28,086 bases of DNA from contig JAQGDQ010001717.1 of the NCBI GenBank assembly GCA_030141605.1, positions 1-28,086 of the forward strand. Reading direction: 5' to 3'. This document shows, one piece after another, positions 13,226-23,858 of this stretch (position 1 is the stretch's first letter; each line of letters opens with the position of its first letter). This DNA comes from Tubiluchus corallicola. Its lineage: Eukaryota > Animalia > Priapulida. A program made the position numbers and the translations under genes. Under the pieces are notes generated by a model. It made no database searches. It had not been told where the DNA came from and saw nothing but the letters and a program-made list of their open reading frames with translations.

Positions 13226-13822
13226 AAATTTTGGAAAAAGGAGAACGAAAATAAGATCGGCATCACGTCGAAATAAACCTCTTTGTAGAGTTACTTCGCA
13301 GGCGAGTTACTCAGAATCCGTTACACCTTCTTAATCTTTCTTTTGGATGAGAATCCCTCGCCGAGCCTTGTTTCTAAAGTTGGCCTCTTTTCTTGAGCCA
13401 AGCAGCAACTCCTATGATGAATCCACGTGGTGCTTCTGGCTTTTTCTCAGCACATTATTAATAGCTAAGCTTGAAACGCTGAGGTTGATTCATTATTTAT
13501 TCGCCGAGATACTACAGATGATATTCATTTTGCTGAGCAAGAACAAATTGCCAAGTTTGTTTGACTAGCACTCGTCTAACACAACACGTATATTCACATG
13601 GTCTGTTTTTGCTGGGTTATTTTTCCTCGGCAACTAAAATGAGCAGAACGAAGTCGTGAAATGCAATGAAATAGACTCAGAGGTGTTAGTGGGTGTACAG
13701 TGCTCACTTTTTTCTCTTTGAGTGATTTCAAATTTGCTATTAATTATGAATTTGTAGAAAAATAGCACCGATACAAGAACGTGTGTTTCTTACGCAAAGA
13801 CGTAGCAATGTCATTAAATTAT

Positions 13823-13943
13823 ATTGTTGTTGTTGTTGTCGTTGTCGTTGTCGTTGTCGTCGTCGTCGTCGTCGTTGCTGTCGTTGTTGTCGCTGCTGCT
13901 GTTGCTGCTGCTGCTGCTCTTGCTCTTGCTCTTGCTCTTGCTC

Positions 13944-14006
<63 letters not shown>

Positions 14007-14264
14007 CTGCTGTTGCTGCTGTTGCTGCTGTTGCTGCTGCTGCTCTTGCTCTTGCTCTTGCTCTTGCTCTTGCTCTTGCTCTTGCTCTTGCTCTTGCTCT
14101 TGCTCTTGCTCTTGCTGCTGGTGGTGGTGGTGGTGGTGGTGCTGCTGCTGCTGCTGCTGCTCTTGCTCTTGCTCTTGCTGTTGTTGCTGTTGTTGTATCA
14201 TCATATCATCATCATCATCGATCGTCGTCGTTATCATATCATCATCATCATCATCGTTATCATT

Positions 14265-14296
<32 letters not shown>

Positions 14297-14300
14297 TATT
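13823..14300. repeat. Compound tri/hexanucleotide microsatellite (TTG, GTC, CTG, CTCTTG, GGT, CAT)
   Basis: Direct reading; abuts the 3' end of the minus-strand L2. Confidence 0.97.
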
Positions 14301-15591
14301 GTTACATAATATTTATACAACGCCCCAAATATATAAAATCTCAGTTGTGCTTAACAATCAAAGATCTTATGTAGAAAGTATAAAATAGAAAATAAACTAA
14401 AAAAATAGCCTGAAAAATTAAAGTTAAGAAATCAATATAAAATCCAGTTAGCAAAACGCAGGCAAAAATTTAAATCCAATTCAGTTCTCATACTCTCGTT
14501 TAAAAAATGTCTTTAGCAATTCTTTATATGTAATTATATTTTTGCAGCTTCTAATGTTCAGTGGAAGGCTGTTCCAAACAGTTGGAGTGGCAGGGGGGGG
14601 GGGACGTGTACTTAAAGTTTTTGTTTGTGTTTTAGGCACGACAAGTAGACGTTAATTACCAGATCTTAAGTTTCAGACTGGCGTGTAAACGCTAATCAGT
14701 TGTGCAAGGTAGAACGAGGCTTAACCGTGTAAACATTTAAACGCCAGCAGGGCAATTTTGAATTTGATTCTAGAATGCACCGGAAGCCAGTGTAGGGCCC
14801 GTGATGTTGGTGTCATGTGATCATACTTGTGCAAATACACGATCACTCTAGCTGCACGATTTTGAATTTGATTCTAGATTGTACCGGAAGCCAGTGTAGG
14901 GCCCGTAATGTTGGAGTTATGTGATCATACTTGTGCAAATACACGATCACTCTAGCTGCACAATTTTGAATTTGATTCTAGATTACACCGGAAGCCAGTG
15001 CAGGGCCCGTAATGTTGGTGTCATGTGATCATACTTGTGCAAATACACGATCACTCTAGCTGCACAATTTTGAATTTGATTCTAGATTACACCGGAAGCC
15101 AGTGTAGGGCCCGTAATGTTTGAGTTATGTGATCATACTTGTGCAAATACACGATCACTCTAGCTGCACAATTTTGAATTTGATTCTAGATTACACCGGA
15201 AGCCAGTGTAGGACCTGTAATGTTGGAGTTATGTGATCATACTTGTGCAAATACACGATCACTCTAGCTGCACAATTTTGAATTTGATTCTAGATTACAC
15301 CGGAAGCCAGTGCAGGGCCTGTAATGTTGGAGTTATGTGATCATACTTGTGCAAATACACGATCACTCTAGCTGCACAATTTTGAATTTGATTCTAGATT
15401 ACACCGGAAGCCAGTGTAAGGCCCGTAATGTTGGAGTTATGTTATCATACTTGTGCAAATACACGATCACTCTAACTGCACAATTTTGAATTTGATTCTA
15501 GATTACACCGGAAGCCAGTGTAGGGCCCATGATGTTGTGATCACACTTGTGCAAATACACGATCACTCTAGCTGCACAATTTTGAATTGAA
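14301..15591 (-). mobile_element. 5'-truncated L2-clade LINE
   Basis: Minus strand reads IQNCAARVIVYLHKYDHITPTLRALHWLPVHSRIKFKIALLAFKCLHG*...LRSG...VWNSLPLNIR...LLKTFF, a classic L2 ORF2 C-terminus with stops. Confidence 0.92.
14753..15588 (-). repeat. 104-bp minisatellite, 8 copies (last 96 bp), made from L2 ORF2 coding sequence
   Basis: Unit starts at 14753, 14857, 14961, 15065, 15169, 15273, 15377 and 15481; closing CAATTTTGAATT at 15577. Confidence 0.97.
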
Positions 15592-15811
15592 TAGCAATGC
15601 ATTACAGTACGTATAAGTCGAACTTATAAGAATGAATCAGAGACTCAGTACATATAGTACGATAGTACGATGTAGTACGATATTTTTATGTATGATTATG
15701 TACGATCATTGTCATTTTTAAAAGTTGTTTATTTTATGCATCCTAATTTCTTTTGTGTGCTTGTTTATACTAAGTTTTCCTCGTTACATTTTGTGTATAC
15801 GAATATATGTG

Positions 15812-16299
15812 CAGCGGCGGATTATAGTTTTATGGGCCTTAGGCTTGAGCTTGGAACGGGTCTTTTAAATGTTGCTACACTGCTGAGCTGACGTGTTTTT
15901 GTGGAGCTCTCGTCGTTTGTAAAGGATGACAAATTAAACAATTTATCACTGATGCATATTGAATCAGATATGTTGAAAAAAATGGACTTTTCAGAAATTA
16001 TAACTGACTTTGTCCCAGAAAAATTCGGAAACTGAAATTTTGAACTTAAACTTGAACTGTGTAAACTTAAACTGTGTAAACTTGAATTGTGTAAACTTAA
16101 ATTGTTTAAACTTAATTTGTGTAAACCCGATTTGAAATATAGTGACTGACTTGTTTTTTTTTCAATATTTTATTTTGGCGGGCCCCTTGCTCTTTTGTCA
16201 ATTTATTTTTTTTACAACAAAAATTTTTTTCGTTTTATTTTGCCGGGCCCCTTTTGATCCCGGGCCTTAGGCTTCAGCCTATAGGGCTATCCGCTACAG
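15812..16299 (+). mobile_element. Internally deleted hAT element (Tip100/ZMYM-like) retaining the transposase C-terminus
   Basis: 8-bp TSD TATATGTG at 15804-15811 and 16300-16307. Degenerate TIR CAGCGGCGGAT / ATCCGCTACAG. 15925-16023 reads DDKLNNLSLMHIESDMLKKMDFSEIITDF (end of the hAT dimerisation region). Also GGGCCC subterminal motifs and a 15-bp x5 repeat at ~16048-16126. Confidence 0.88.
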
Positions 16300-18347
16300 T
16301 ATATGTGCTGTATCTGTATGTAAAGGTATGAAATAAAAAAGAACAATAATTACAGTATCTATATTCACTTATATTCATGCGTTACAAATACAGTACAGTC
16401 TATGGTGAAACACGCACGCACGCACACACGGACACGCATACATATATGGCTTAAGTATTATGCTATAGTATTTTTACAGTCAATTATACTTTAATTGTAA
16501 AAATTCAACATTGAGAATTACAAATTAATGGCAACCATCTCTGTACATTGTTAAAAATTTGATAACTTTGAATAAGGATGTCAAAAGACAAGCACAAAAC
16601 TGTGATAAATGATTTCATTAATTTCATTTCAGATCTTCAGTTTAGTCATTGTTGCAGAATTTACGAAACCATCCAGTCTTTAATTAAATCACCGTCACAC
16701 AAATGATGCAACAAGGTCACCTTGAATATACCAGCCTTTAGCAGCAAAATTTCTTTTAACTTATTCAATAAAAAAGGGAAGACGATCCAGCAGATGTTCG
16801 TCCCTGATGACACAGTTAATTCGAAACTGTAAATTCAGAGTGATGCTGGCAAAAGATTTTAAGCTGTCACTTTTACCGCGCACGAATTATCATTACATTG
16901 AACTACCTTGTTAACACAGGCGAAAACTTACCCAGGTTGGTTCGATACCAGCAGATGCGGAGGCCAAGCAGACTATAACTCTTCTGACATGCATCCGCGA
17001 AACAACGGAATGATGTGTAAGAAAAACGATACCTTTATATGATGAACTACAGTTTACACTGTCGTGGATTAGTCTAACTGGACAAGTAAAGGAGCAGAGG
17101 CGACCGCTTTTATACAGACCAGATGCAGAACTTGCCTTCAACAGAAACTTACATTTTGCGTAAAAGGGGTGTTCAGTACCATATCATTATAGAGCTTCGT
17201 TAAAATACTGATCGGTAAAACATTATTAGGACAAGGTAACTTAAGGCTGAGCATTTGAAATTCTACGTAAAGCAGATCAAATTAATAATGACCCAAAAAT
17301 TATTTTGTGCTTACGGTTTAAGCTTTACAAAAAAAATAATTTATTCCTTGAATCTTTTGTTGTAGAAAAGTCACAAAATTTGAAGGAAGAAATGTTTCAC
17401 GGGATTTTGTTTATGTGTAATAGTTTGCAAGTACAACCACATCAAAGATCTAAAGATGTCGTTTTTTTCACGTGAATTTGGCAAAAATCTCTTCAGACAA
17501 GGAATCTCATACCAAATACTGGCTGTACGTGTAAAACCAGGTTAACTGTATTAAAGGAAACCCGCCCGATTGATTTGACTCGGTCATTTAATTTACTGTA
17601 CAAGATATGCATTTTCTACCTATAAAAGTTAACAATTGTTTCTAATGTTTGAATATATAATACCTATATTTGGCCTATAAGCGTTTACGGCTTATTAAGC
17701 CCACCAGAAATGATGTATAGTAATTTCATGTTAATACATGTTAATAAATACCTTGGAAAGTTAATTAACGGCAACCGAACACAACCTATCCCTTACGTCA
17801 CAAACTAACCACAGTTTGTGCAATGGCACGCATCTTCCTTGCGCATCAAGCACGTTTGCGTAAGCAAAGATTGTTATAACTCGCTGATGTGATGTCATAA
17901 AAATGACCTCCACGTCACAGACGAACACAGCAGTTCATGATCATGCTTATCGCGGTACCGCGCCTATATGTTGACCACGCGAATGTGAGAAAAAAGCATC
18001 ATTGCCAGTCTCAGTGGATTCACTGAGCCACTCGTAGCTTTGACAGTTTAACTGAAGTAATTACTATTTAATCTAACCTTTGATTTAAAAAAATGTCGCA
18101 GTTTCAAATATTTTTGAGCATACTTTATTTTGAACTGACGTCTACAACAATCGTCCGGTTTTCTTTTAAACGAAATACGCGACCGTTTTACACCAATAAA
18201 CGGTCTAAACTTGAATTCATGTTTTGTTTGTTTTTGTTGAGCTAGCTATTGGAAGCCATCTAGTACAAAAACACGATAATGATTATAAGTGGTTCAAGAT
18301 GTCATTTGCAGAAACAGCTTTCATTTGCTATAATAATTTTTATTATA

Positions 18348-18521
18348 ATATTGAACTGAATTCGACTCAGGGGGTCGAACTCCGGCATGGCATGTCGGTC
18401 TTAATATTGAACTGAATTCGACTCAGGGGGTCGAACTCCAAGATGGCATGGCGGTCTTGATATTGAACTGAATTCAACTCAGGGGGTCGAACTCCAAGAT
18501 GGCATGGCGGTCTTGATATTG
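18348..18521 (+). repeat. 56-bp tandem repeat, 3 copies (single in the paralog at ~10845-10905)
   Basis: TTGAACTG at 18351, 18407 and 18463. Confidence 0.95.
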
Positions 18522-18649
18522 CGCATCATGAAGACCCATTTTACTATCGTTGTGCAACTGATTACTTAACTACAAATGTTAATGTTAATTACAAATGCTA
18601 AGTAACTAAGTTAATGTCTGTAAACTAGTACCTTATACCTGGTATAGCA

Positions 18650-18988
18650 TGTCATCTAATTCTCATAAAACAAAGTACACAAAAACTAAACTGTACGGAG
18701 TTTATTATCAGCACTAATAAAAATAGGGAACAAAATACACGTGCACAAAAAATAACTAACTAACTCAGTAACAGCACTACACCCGAGGAGCACCTGTGTC
18801 AGAAATCCAGGCTGTAGTGACCTCTACACCCTTTTATACTGCCATTCCAGGTCAGCTGGCTTCTCACACCACGTGTAGGCCCAAACAAGACGTCTGGACC
18901 TACAAGAAAGGGGGTGAGTCGCTGCTGACGTGGAAGCAGGGCGTGTAGAGGGCCCTACACCTGACCTGACACAGGTGCCTCCGTGACA
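18650..18988 (-). mobile_element. Solo-LTR-like element (paralog of 10416-10727)
   Basis: Minus strand TGTCAC start, TATAAAAG, AATAAA (18706-18701), TGACA end. Confidence 0.6.
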
Positions 18989-19018
18989 TTATAATAATAT
19001 TGATTTTATAATAATATT

Positions 19019-20012
19019 TTGCTAATATATGGCGTCGTGTCTTGGGGTGGTATATATAAAAGTAATCTGGAAGCTTTACAAATTACCCAGAACAAAATTC
19101 TCAAACTAATATATCATGTAAGGTATGACGATCCCACAAATATAATTTATTTGTCTGTTAAAACTCTTAAAGTGAAAGAAATATATGACATGTATTGTCT
19201 TCATTCCATGTATCAGTATCATAATTCACTACTTCCACCAGCTTTTCAGTCATACTTTAGTCCAGTTTCAAATCAACATGATCATTACACAAGATATTCA
19301 GTCGGAAACTATGTACTCCCTCTTCCAAAAACAAATATAATGAAACAGTCATCAAAATATAATGCTACTAAAATATGGTCATCAATTCCGCGTGAAATGA
19401 AAACTCTTAATCTTTATCAATTTAAAGAAGCATCAAAGAATTACTTACTACAACGGTATAATTAACTCACAATTTTACTCATCCTGATCTTAAGTTACTA
19501 ACAAAACTTATTTTGTTCTAATGCATCTAATGAAAATACTATGTAATGTTAATTGTAAATAGTTCTACTTATCTGGAGGAGGACTCGAAAGCTCAATGCT
19601 CCTTCCTTCTCCTCACAGTAACTCGTTTAGATAACTGATGAAAATACTATGTAATGTTAATTGTCAATTGTTCCACTTATCTGGAGGAGGACTCGAAAGC
19701 TCAATGCTCCTTCCTCCTCCTCACAGTAACTCGTTTAGATAACTGATGAAAATACTGTGTAATGTTAATTGTCAATTGTTCCACTTATCTGGCGGAGGAC
19801 TCGAAAGCTCAATGCTCCTACCCCCTCCTCACAGTAACTCGTTTAGATAACTGATGAAAATACTGTGTAATGTTAATTGTAAATAGTTCTACTTATCTGG
19901 AGGAGGACTCGAAAGCTCAATGCTCCTTCCTCCTCCTCACAGTAACTCCTTTAGCTTATTTTATAATGTAATAACAATTTGTATGGATGTTTACATGTTG
20001 CTGTGGAATAAA
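19019..20012 (+). pseudogene. LINE (L2/Crack-like) ORF2 C-terminal fragment (19019-19465) plus 3' UTR
   Basis: YGVVSWGGIYKSNLEALQITQNKILKLI...KIWSSIP...FKEASKNYLLQRYN*; AATAAA at 20007. Confidence 0.9.
19530..19954 (+). repeat. 108-bp tandem repeat, ~4 copies, in the LINE 3' UTR (single in the paralog at ~9775-9875)
   Basis: TGAAAATACT at 19531, 19639, 19747 and 19855; each unit has a GAGGAGG...CCTCCTC-type stem. Confidence 0.96.
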
Positions 20013-21072
20013 TGATCTTCCTCAAAAACACAAGCGCAGACTAACATTTGATAACATGAATTCCCTTAAAAACCATATTTTTTCCCAAAACCTTTATAAA
20101 AAACACAACTGCTACCGATATGGAGAGCAGTTTTCTGAGAAACGGAAGCACATTTCAATTTTTGCAGGCGTGCTGTGCAGGTAATTTTACACAGATTTAA
20201 TGCCGAACGGGTTGCTTATTAAATTGCGCACGACGTGAAGTTTATTGGCACTAAAATTCAGAGCGACGTGGGCGTATCAGCATAATAAAATACCATTAGC
20301 TGTCTTGTAAGAAAAACATAAACGCTCATTAGAACCACAAGAGGTTTTTTGTGCTTGCAAAATGATATTTTGATGCACTAATTAGAAACGTGGTAGTCCA
20401 AGTCTCCGGTTTTTATGAATGTCTAAGTTTTATACTTTTTAGCTAGCTTCGAGAAAAACGAGAAAAACTTTTCGCTTGCCAAGAAACCACGTGGTTTAAC
20501 GGATCGCCTCAAAATTTGGAATAAATACACATTGAAACAATTATTTATGTATAGCCGCTCCTGGTTGGTTATTTGTAACCCACTTGATGATTGGCTGAAA
20601 CGTTCGCTCCTATGAAATTACTAGGTTATCTGGAAATTTCAGCAAAGATGGACTTACTGCGCTTTTTAGTTGCCATAAATTCGCTTAATAAACTTCAGAT
20701 CGTCAAATCGTTCAGCGGTAAGGTGTAGCTTAGTGATAAAAATGTTTCGATATAAAAACTCACTTTAATAATAATAAAATAATAATTTTTATGGACCTAT
20801 AAGCGTTTACGGTTTATTAAGGCCACCAGAAATGATCTATAGTAATTTTGATAAAACGTATTAATAAATATCCACATACAGCATACAATAACAGGTCACA
20901 ATTTATTGCTAATACGTGTATATTAAAAGCACAAAACGGTTGGAAAATAAACTAATTCAGAATTTATACATCCACCGCCATATTAATTAAATCATAATTT
21001 TTTTCATTTTTTTTGTGCATAGTTGTAAATACGTTTAATTTTATTCGTCGTTACTTTCCATTACTACACAGT

Positions 21073-21228
21073 AGTTTAGATTGCACTGACGCATTTGCCT
21101 TTAGCAGTGTAAGTTTTTATTAACTAACACTGATTGATCATCTCTGTAAAGTTTTTATCAGTGATTATTAAATATAATCTTTATTTGCCATTAAAATACA
21201 TTGATAATATATATATATATATATATAT
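21073..21228 (+). mobile_element. Rearranged LINE 3'-end remnant of the GACGCATTTGCC family
   Basis: TTGCACTGACGCATTTGCCTTTAGCAGTGTAA on the + strand, but the terminal GGCAAATAAAG block (21176-21208) is on the - strand. Confidence 0.65.
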
Positions 21229-21621
21229 TGTGCATCTATATAAACAGGTAAAATTAGCTGTTTATTAATTTGTTTTCTTCCGTCAGATGTCTGACTCCGC
21301 CACAGCTAAAGTTTATGACGTCACATGTTGTGTGTTTCGTGTTTTAAGCTTAACCTGTAAGCCTGTTAAATTTTGTACCTAAATTACTAGAGAAGAACTA
21401 ATGTAGACCTAGCCAACGTCCACTACACACGGAAGCTGGCCAGCATTTAAACAGAATATAGGCAAAAATGGCACAGGTAAAAATGGCACAGGAAACATGG
21501 CACAGGTAAAAATGGCACGGGAAAAAATGGCACACTTAGTGAAATGTGAGTTTAGGGATAGGAGATAATTAGGGTTACCGTGGCAGTTACCGTTAGGGTT
21601 ACCATGGGAGATAAATATTTT

Positions 21622-21890
21622 AGTTATTTTTACCTTTAGTTTATTAGTTATGCTTCAACACAGTTTGTTTGTTTGCCTGTTTGTCTGGCTGTTTTTGTCT
21701 GTTATGACAGTAAGCCTGTTACACAACAACTACCTAGTAGATTTCCATGAAACTTTGTGGAGAAGGCGGGACATTGGGTGCCAAAATGGGAATCTTTTCG
21801 AGAAGTTGTTTTTTGCGAAACTTGAGCGAACACCACAAACAAAAAGACATTCGTGTAGCACTTGGAGGTCTCAGAGAGACGTTTAGCATT
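21622..21890 (+). mobile_element. Helentron/HINE-like remnant nested in the Foldback-like element
   Basis: (GTTT/GTCT)n run followed by GATTTCCATGAAACTTTGTGGA and a CTTGGAGGTCT end motif, like non-autonomous Helentrons of aquatic animals (recalled pattern). Confidence 0.5.
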
Positions 21891-22121
21891 TCTTTTTCCT
21901 TATCTCCACCTGGGCAAACAATGTACTGTAGTTATTTCAAGTTAGCTTAATCAAGTTATCTTAATTTTACATACTATTAACAAATAATAGTCTTTCTATC
22001 TTTTATATCATCTCATATATGAGCTTCATTCATTACGTCATTCTATTTTAAGCACTAAAAGTTTTTTTAACACGATTCACTTCAAATTTTCAGATTATTT
22101 CCGTTACTTTTTTTTCTATCA

Positions 22122-22312
22122 CTGTGTGGGACAATCTAACAAGCCCTGCCTTTTGATTGCCCGCAACACATTTACCTTCGTATATAGGTGAACAGTGTTT
22201 GAGGCTTTTCCTGTGCAGTATTTCTTATTTGTATTATATCCATTGTAGGCCCTTTCACTAGATATGAAACTATTGTAAATGTGTAATGTGAAATAAATGA
22301 CTTATGACTTAT
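22122..22312 (+). mobile_element. Probable LINE 3' end remnant
   Basis: GGACAATC...GATTGCCC stem, then AAATAAA and a (GACTTAT)2 tail. Confidence 0.4.
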
Positions 22313-23801
22313 TTCCTTGCAGTTTCATTTTGAGAAATTCTCGCTTGTGAAACGCTGTCTATAACTTTTGGTTATTAATGTGTATTATAAGGTGACTTGG
22401 AGAGTTAATACGTATATATTTCTCAGTCTATTACCATCGAGAAAATTAATGGTTAAAATGGTTGATAAACACTATCTGGAACAATCGTGCATTATTGATT
22501 ATAAATCTATTTAACGAACAAATATTTTTCGAGACTTTTGCTTGTCTATATAATACAAATACAGGCACATTTTTGTATGTTTGCTGGTTGATCTTTATGT
22601 TGAATTTTTTAGTCAAAAGAATCAGTCGAATAAATCTAGGATTGTTCGGTTTTGGTAGAAATCTGCTTCCTACTGAGCGCAGGCTAGTTTTATCACAGAA
22701 ATCAAATGCATCAATATAAGCATATTTGCCATTTTTTCTACTTTTCCATTTGTGCCATTTTTCCGGTGCCATTTTTACTTACTTTTCCATTAGTGCCACC
22801 TTTGCTTGTGCCATTTTTACGTGTGCCATTTTTTCCTGTGCCATTTTTATCTGTGCCATTTTTACCGTGCCATTTTTACCTGCGCTATTTTTACTTACTT
22901 TTCCATTACTGCCACTTTTGCTTGTGCCATTTTTACGTGTGCCATTTTTTCCTGTGCCATTCTTACCTGTGCCATTTTTGCCGTGCCATTTTTACCTGTG
23001 CTATTTTTCCTGTGTTGTTTTTACCATGCCATTTTTTCCTGTGCCATTTTTACCTGTGCCATTTTTACCGCGCACTCTTTAAACCGTTTTAAAATATCAG
23101 CACTATTTTAGAGAGCGCATCATGATATCAAAACGATGTGATCAAATCGTAAGTTGATTTATTTTTTGATTGACTCCAATTTCTTCCAATAATTTCGCCC
23201 ACGGCTGCTGTGACAAGCTTTTGCAACTTGTAGCATCGTGTAAACAGATCCCTACGATTACTACGAGCAACTTAAGCCAGAATGTTTATACAACCGACAG
23301 AAATGCATCTCATAATAACAGTAGTGCTAAAAGACGTAAACGTCGAGATTACATACCTTACATATTCTCGCCTCCACAGTGACAGACAAGGAAGCCAACC
23401 GACTTGGCAATTGGTTTCGGTTCTTGCTAAAGCGTGTAGAATTAATGCAATTAACACTGTCCTCAGAAACGCGTTGAACGATTTGTTTTTCTAGACGCTT
23501 AGCGTTCTCATGCGCTGTTCGCCCGTTCGTCACCTAGTCTGCGATGTTAACATATCGTTTTACACATACTGACCGCTTGTGTGCGCAGCCTCCGTGTAAA
23601 TGAAGCCAGAGAGCCACTCAAGCGATCCTCGCCTGGGTAAAGAAGCCGCTAGTTGACCCAGTTATTGGAGCGCAGTGTCATAGGCCAACCCAGCCCATTG
23701 GACGTAATGTAACGTAATGTTATTACATTAGTAAAATTTATTTAGTGCGTGAAATGTCATACTTAGACTTCCCCACGAGAGCGTGAGCCACAACCAGTTA
23801 T

Positions 23802-23858
23802 GATGTTAAACACTGCTGGGCTTGGTTAGTAAGTGGATGAGTGACTGTGAGAAAACAG
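23802..23858 (+). pseudogene. Degenerate 5S rRNA-derived fragment (SINE3-like head or 5S pseudogene)
   Basis: GATGTTAAACACTGCTGGGCTTGGTTAGTAAGTGGATGAGTGAC aligns by eye with the 5S internal control region GAAGCTAAGCAGGGTCGGGCCTGGTTAGTACTTGGATGGGAGAC. Confidence 0.65.

Larger units (their letters stand above)
21454..23077. mobile_element. Foldback/MULE-like element with inverted arrays of a 15-bp unit (AAAAATGGCACAGGT)
   Basis: About 5 units at 21461-21535 and more than 15 reverse-complement units at ~22727-23070. Candidate TSD TTTAAACA (21446-21453) / TTTAAACC (23078-23085). Confidence 0.7.

Noticed and set aside
13740-14388. PolyQ/polyH or polyC/polyA protein
   Set aside because: Pure microsatellite with no flanking coding signal; best explained as an L2 tail.
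17551-17570. Kolobok-type end (TTAAAGG)
   Set aside because: No matching CCTTTAA terminus found downstream.
18361-18500. tRNA or tRNA-SINE B-box (GAGTTCGACCCC on the minus strand)
   Set aside because: No A-box or cloverleaf can be built.
21570-21602. Interstitial telomere (TTAGGG)
   Set aside because: Only isolated units inside a transposon.
22446-23111. ORFs within the Foldback-like element
   Set aside because: Mostly 15-bp repeat translations; the non-repeat part has no recognisable transposase motif.
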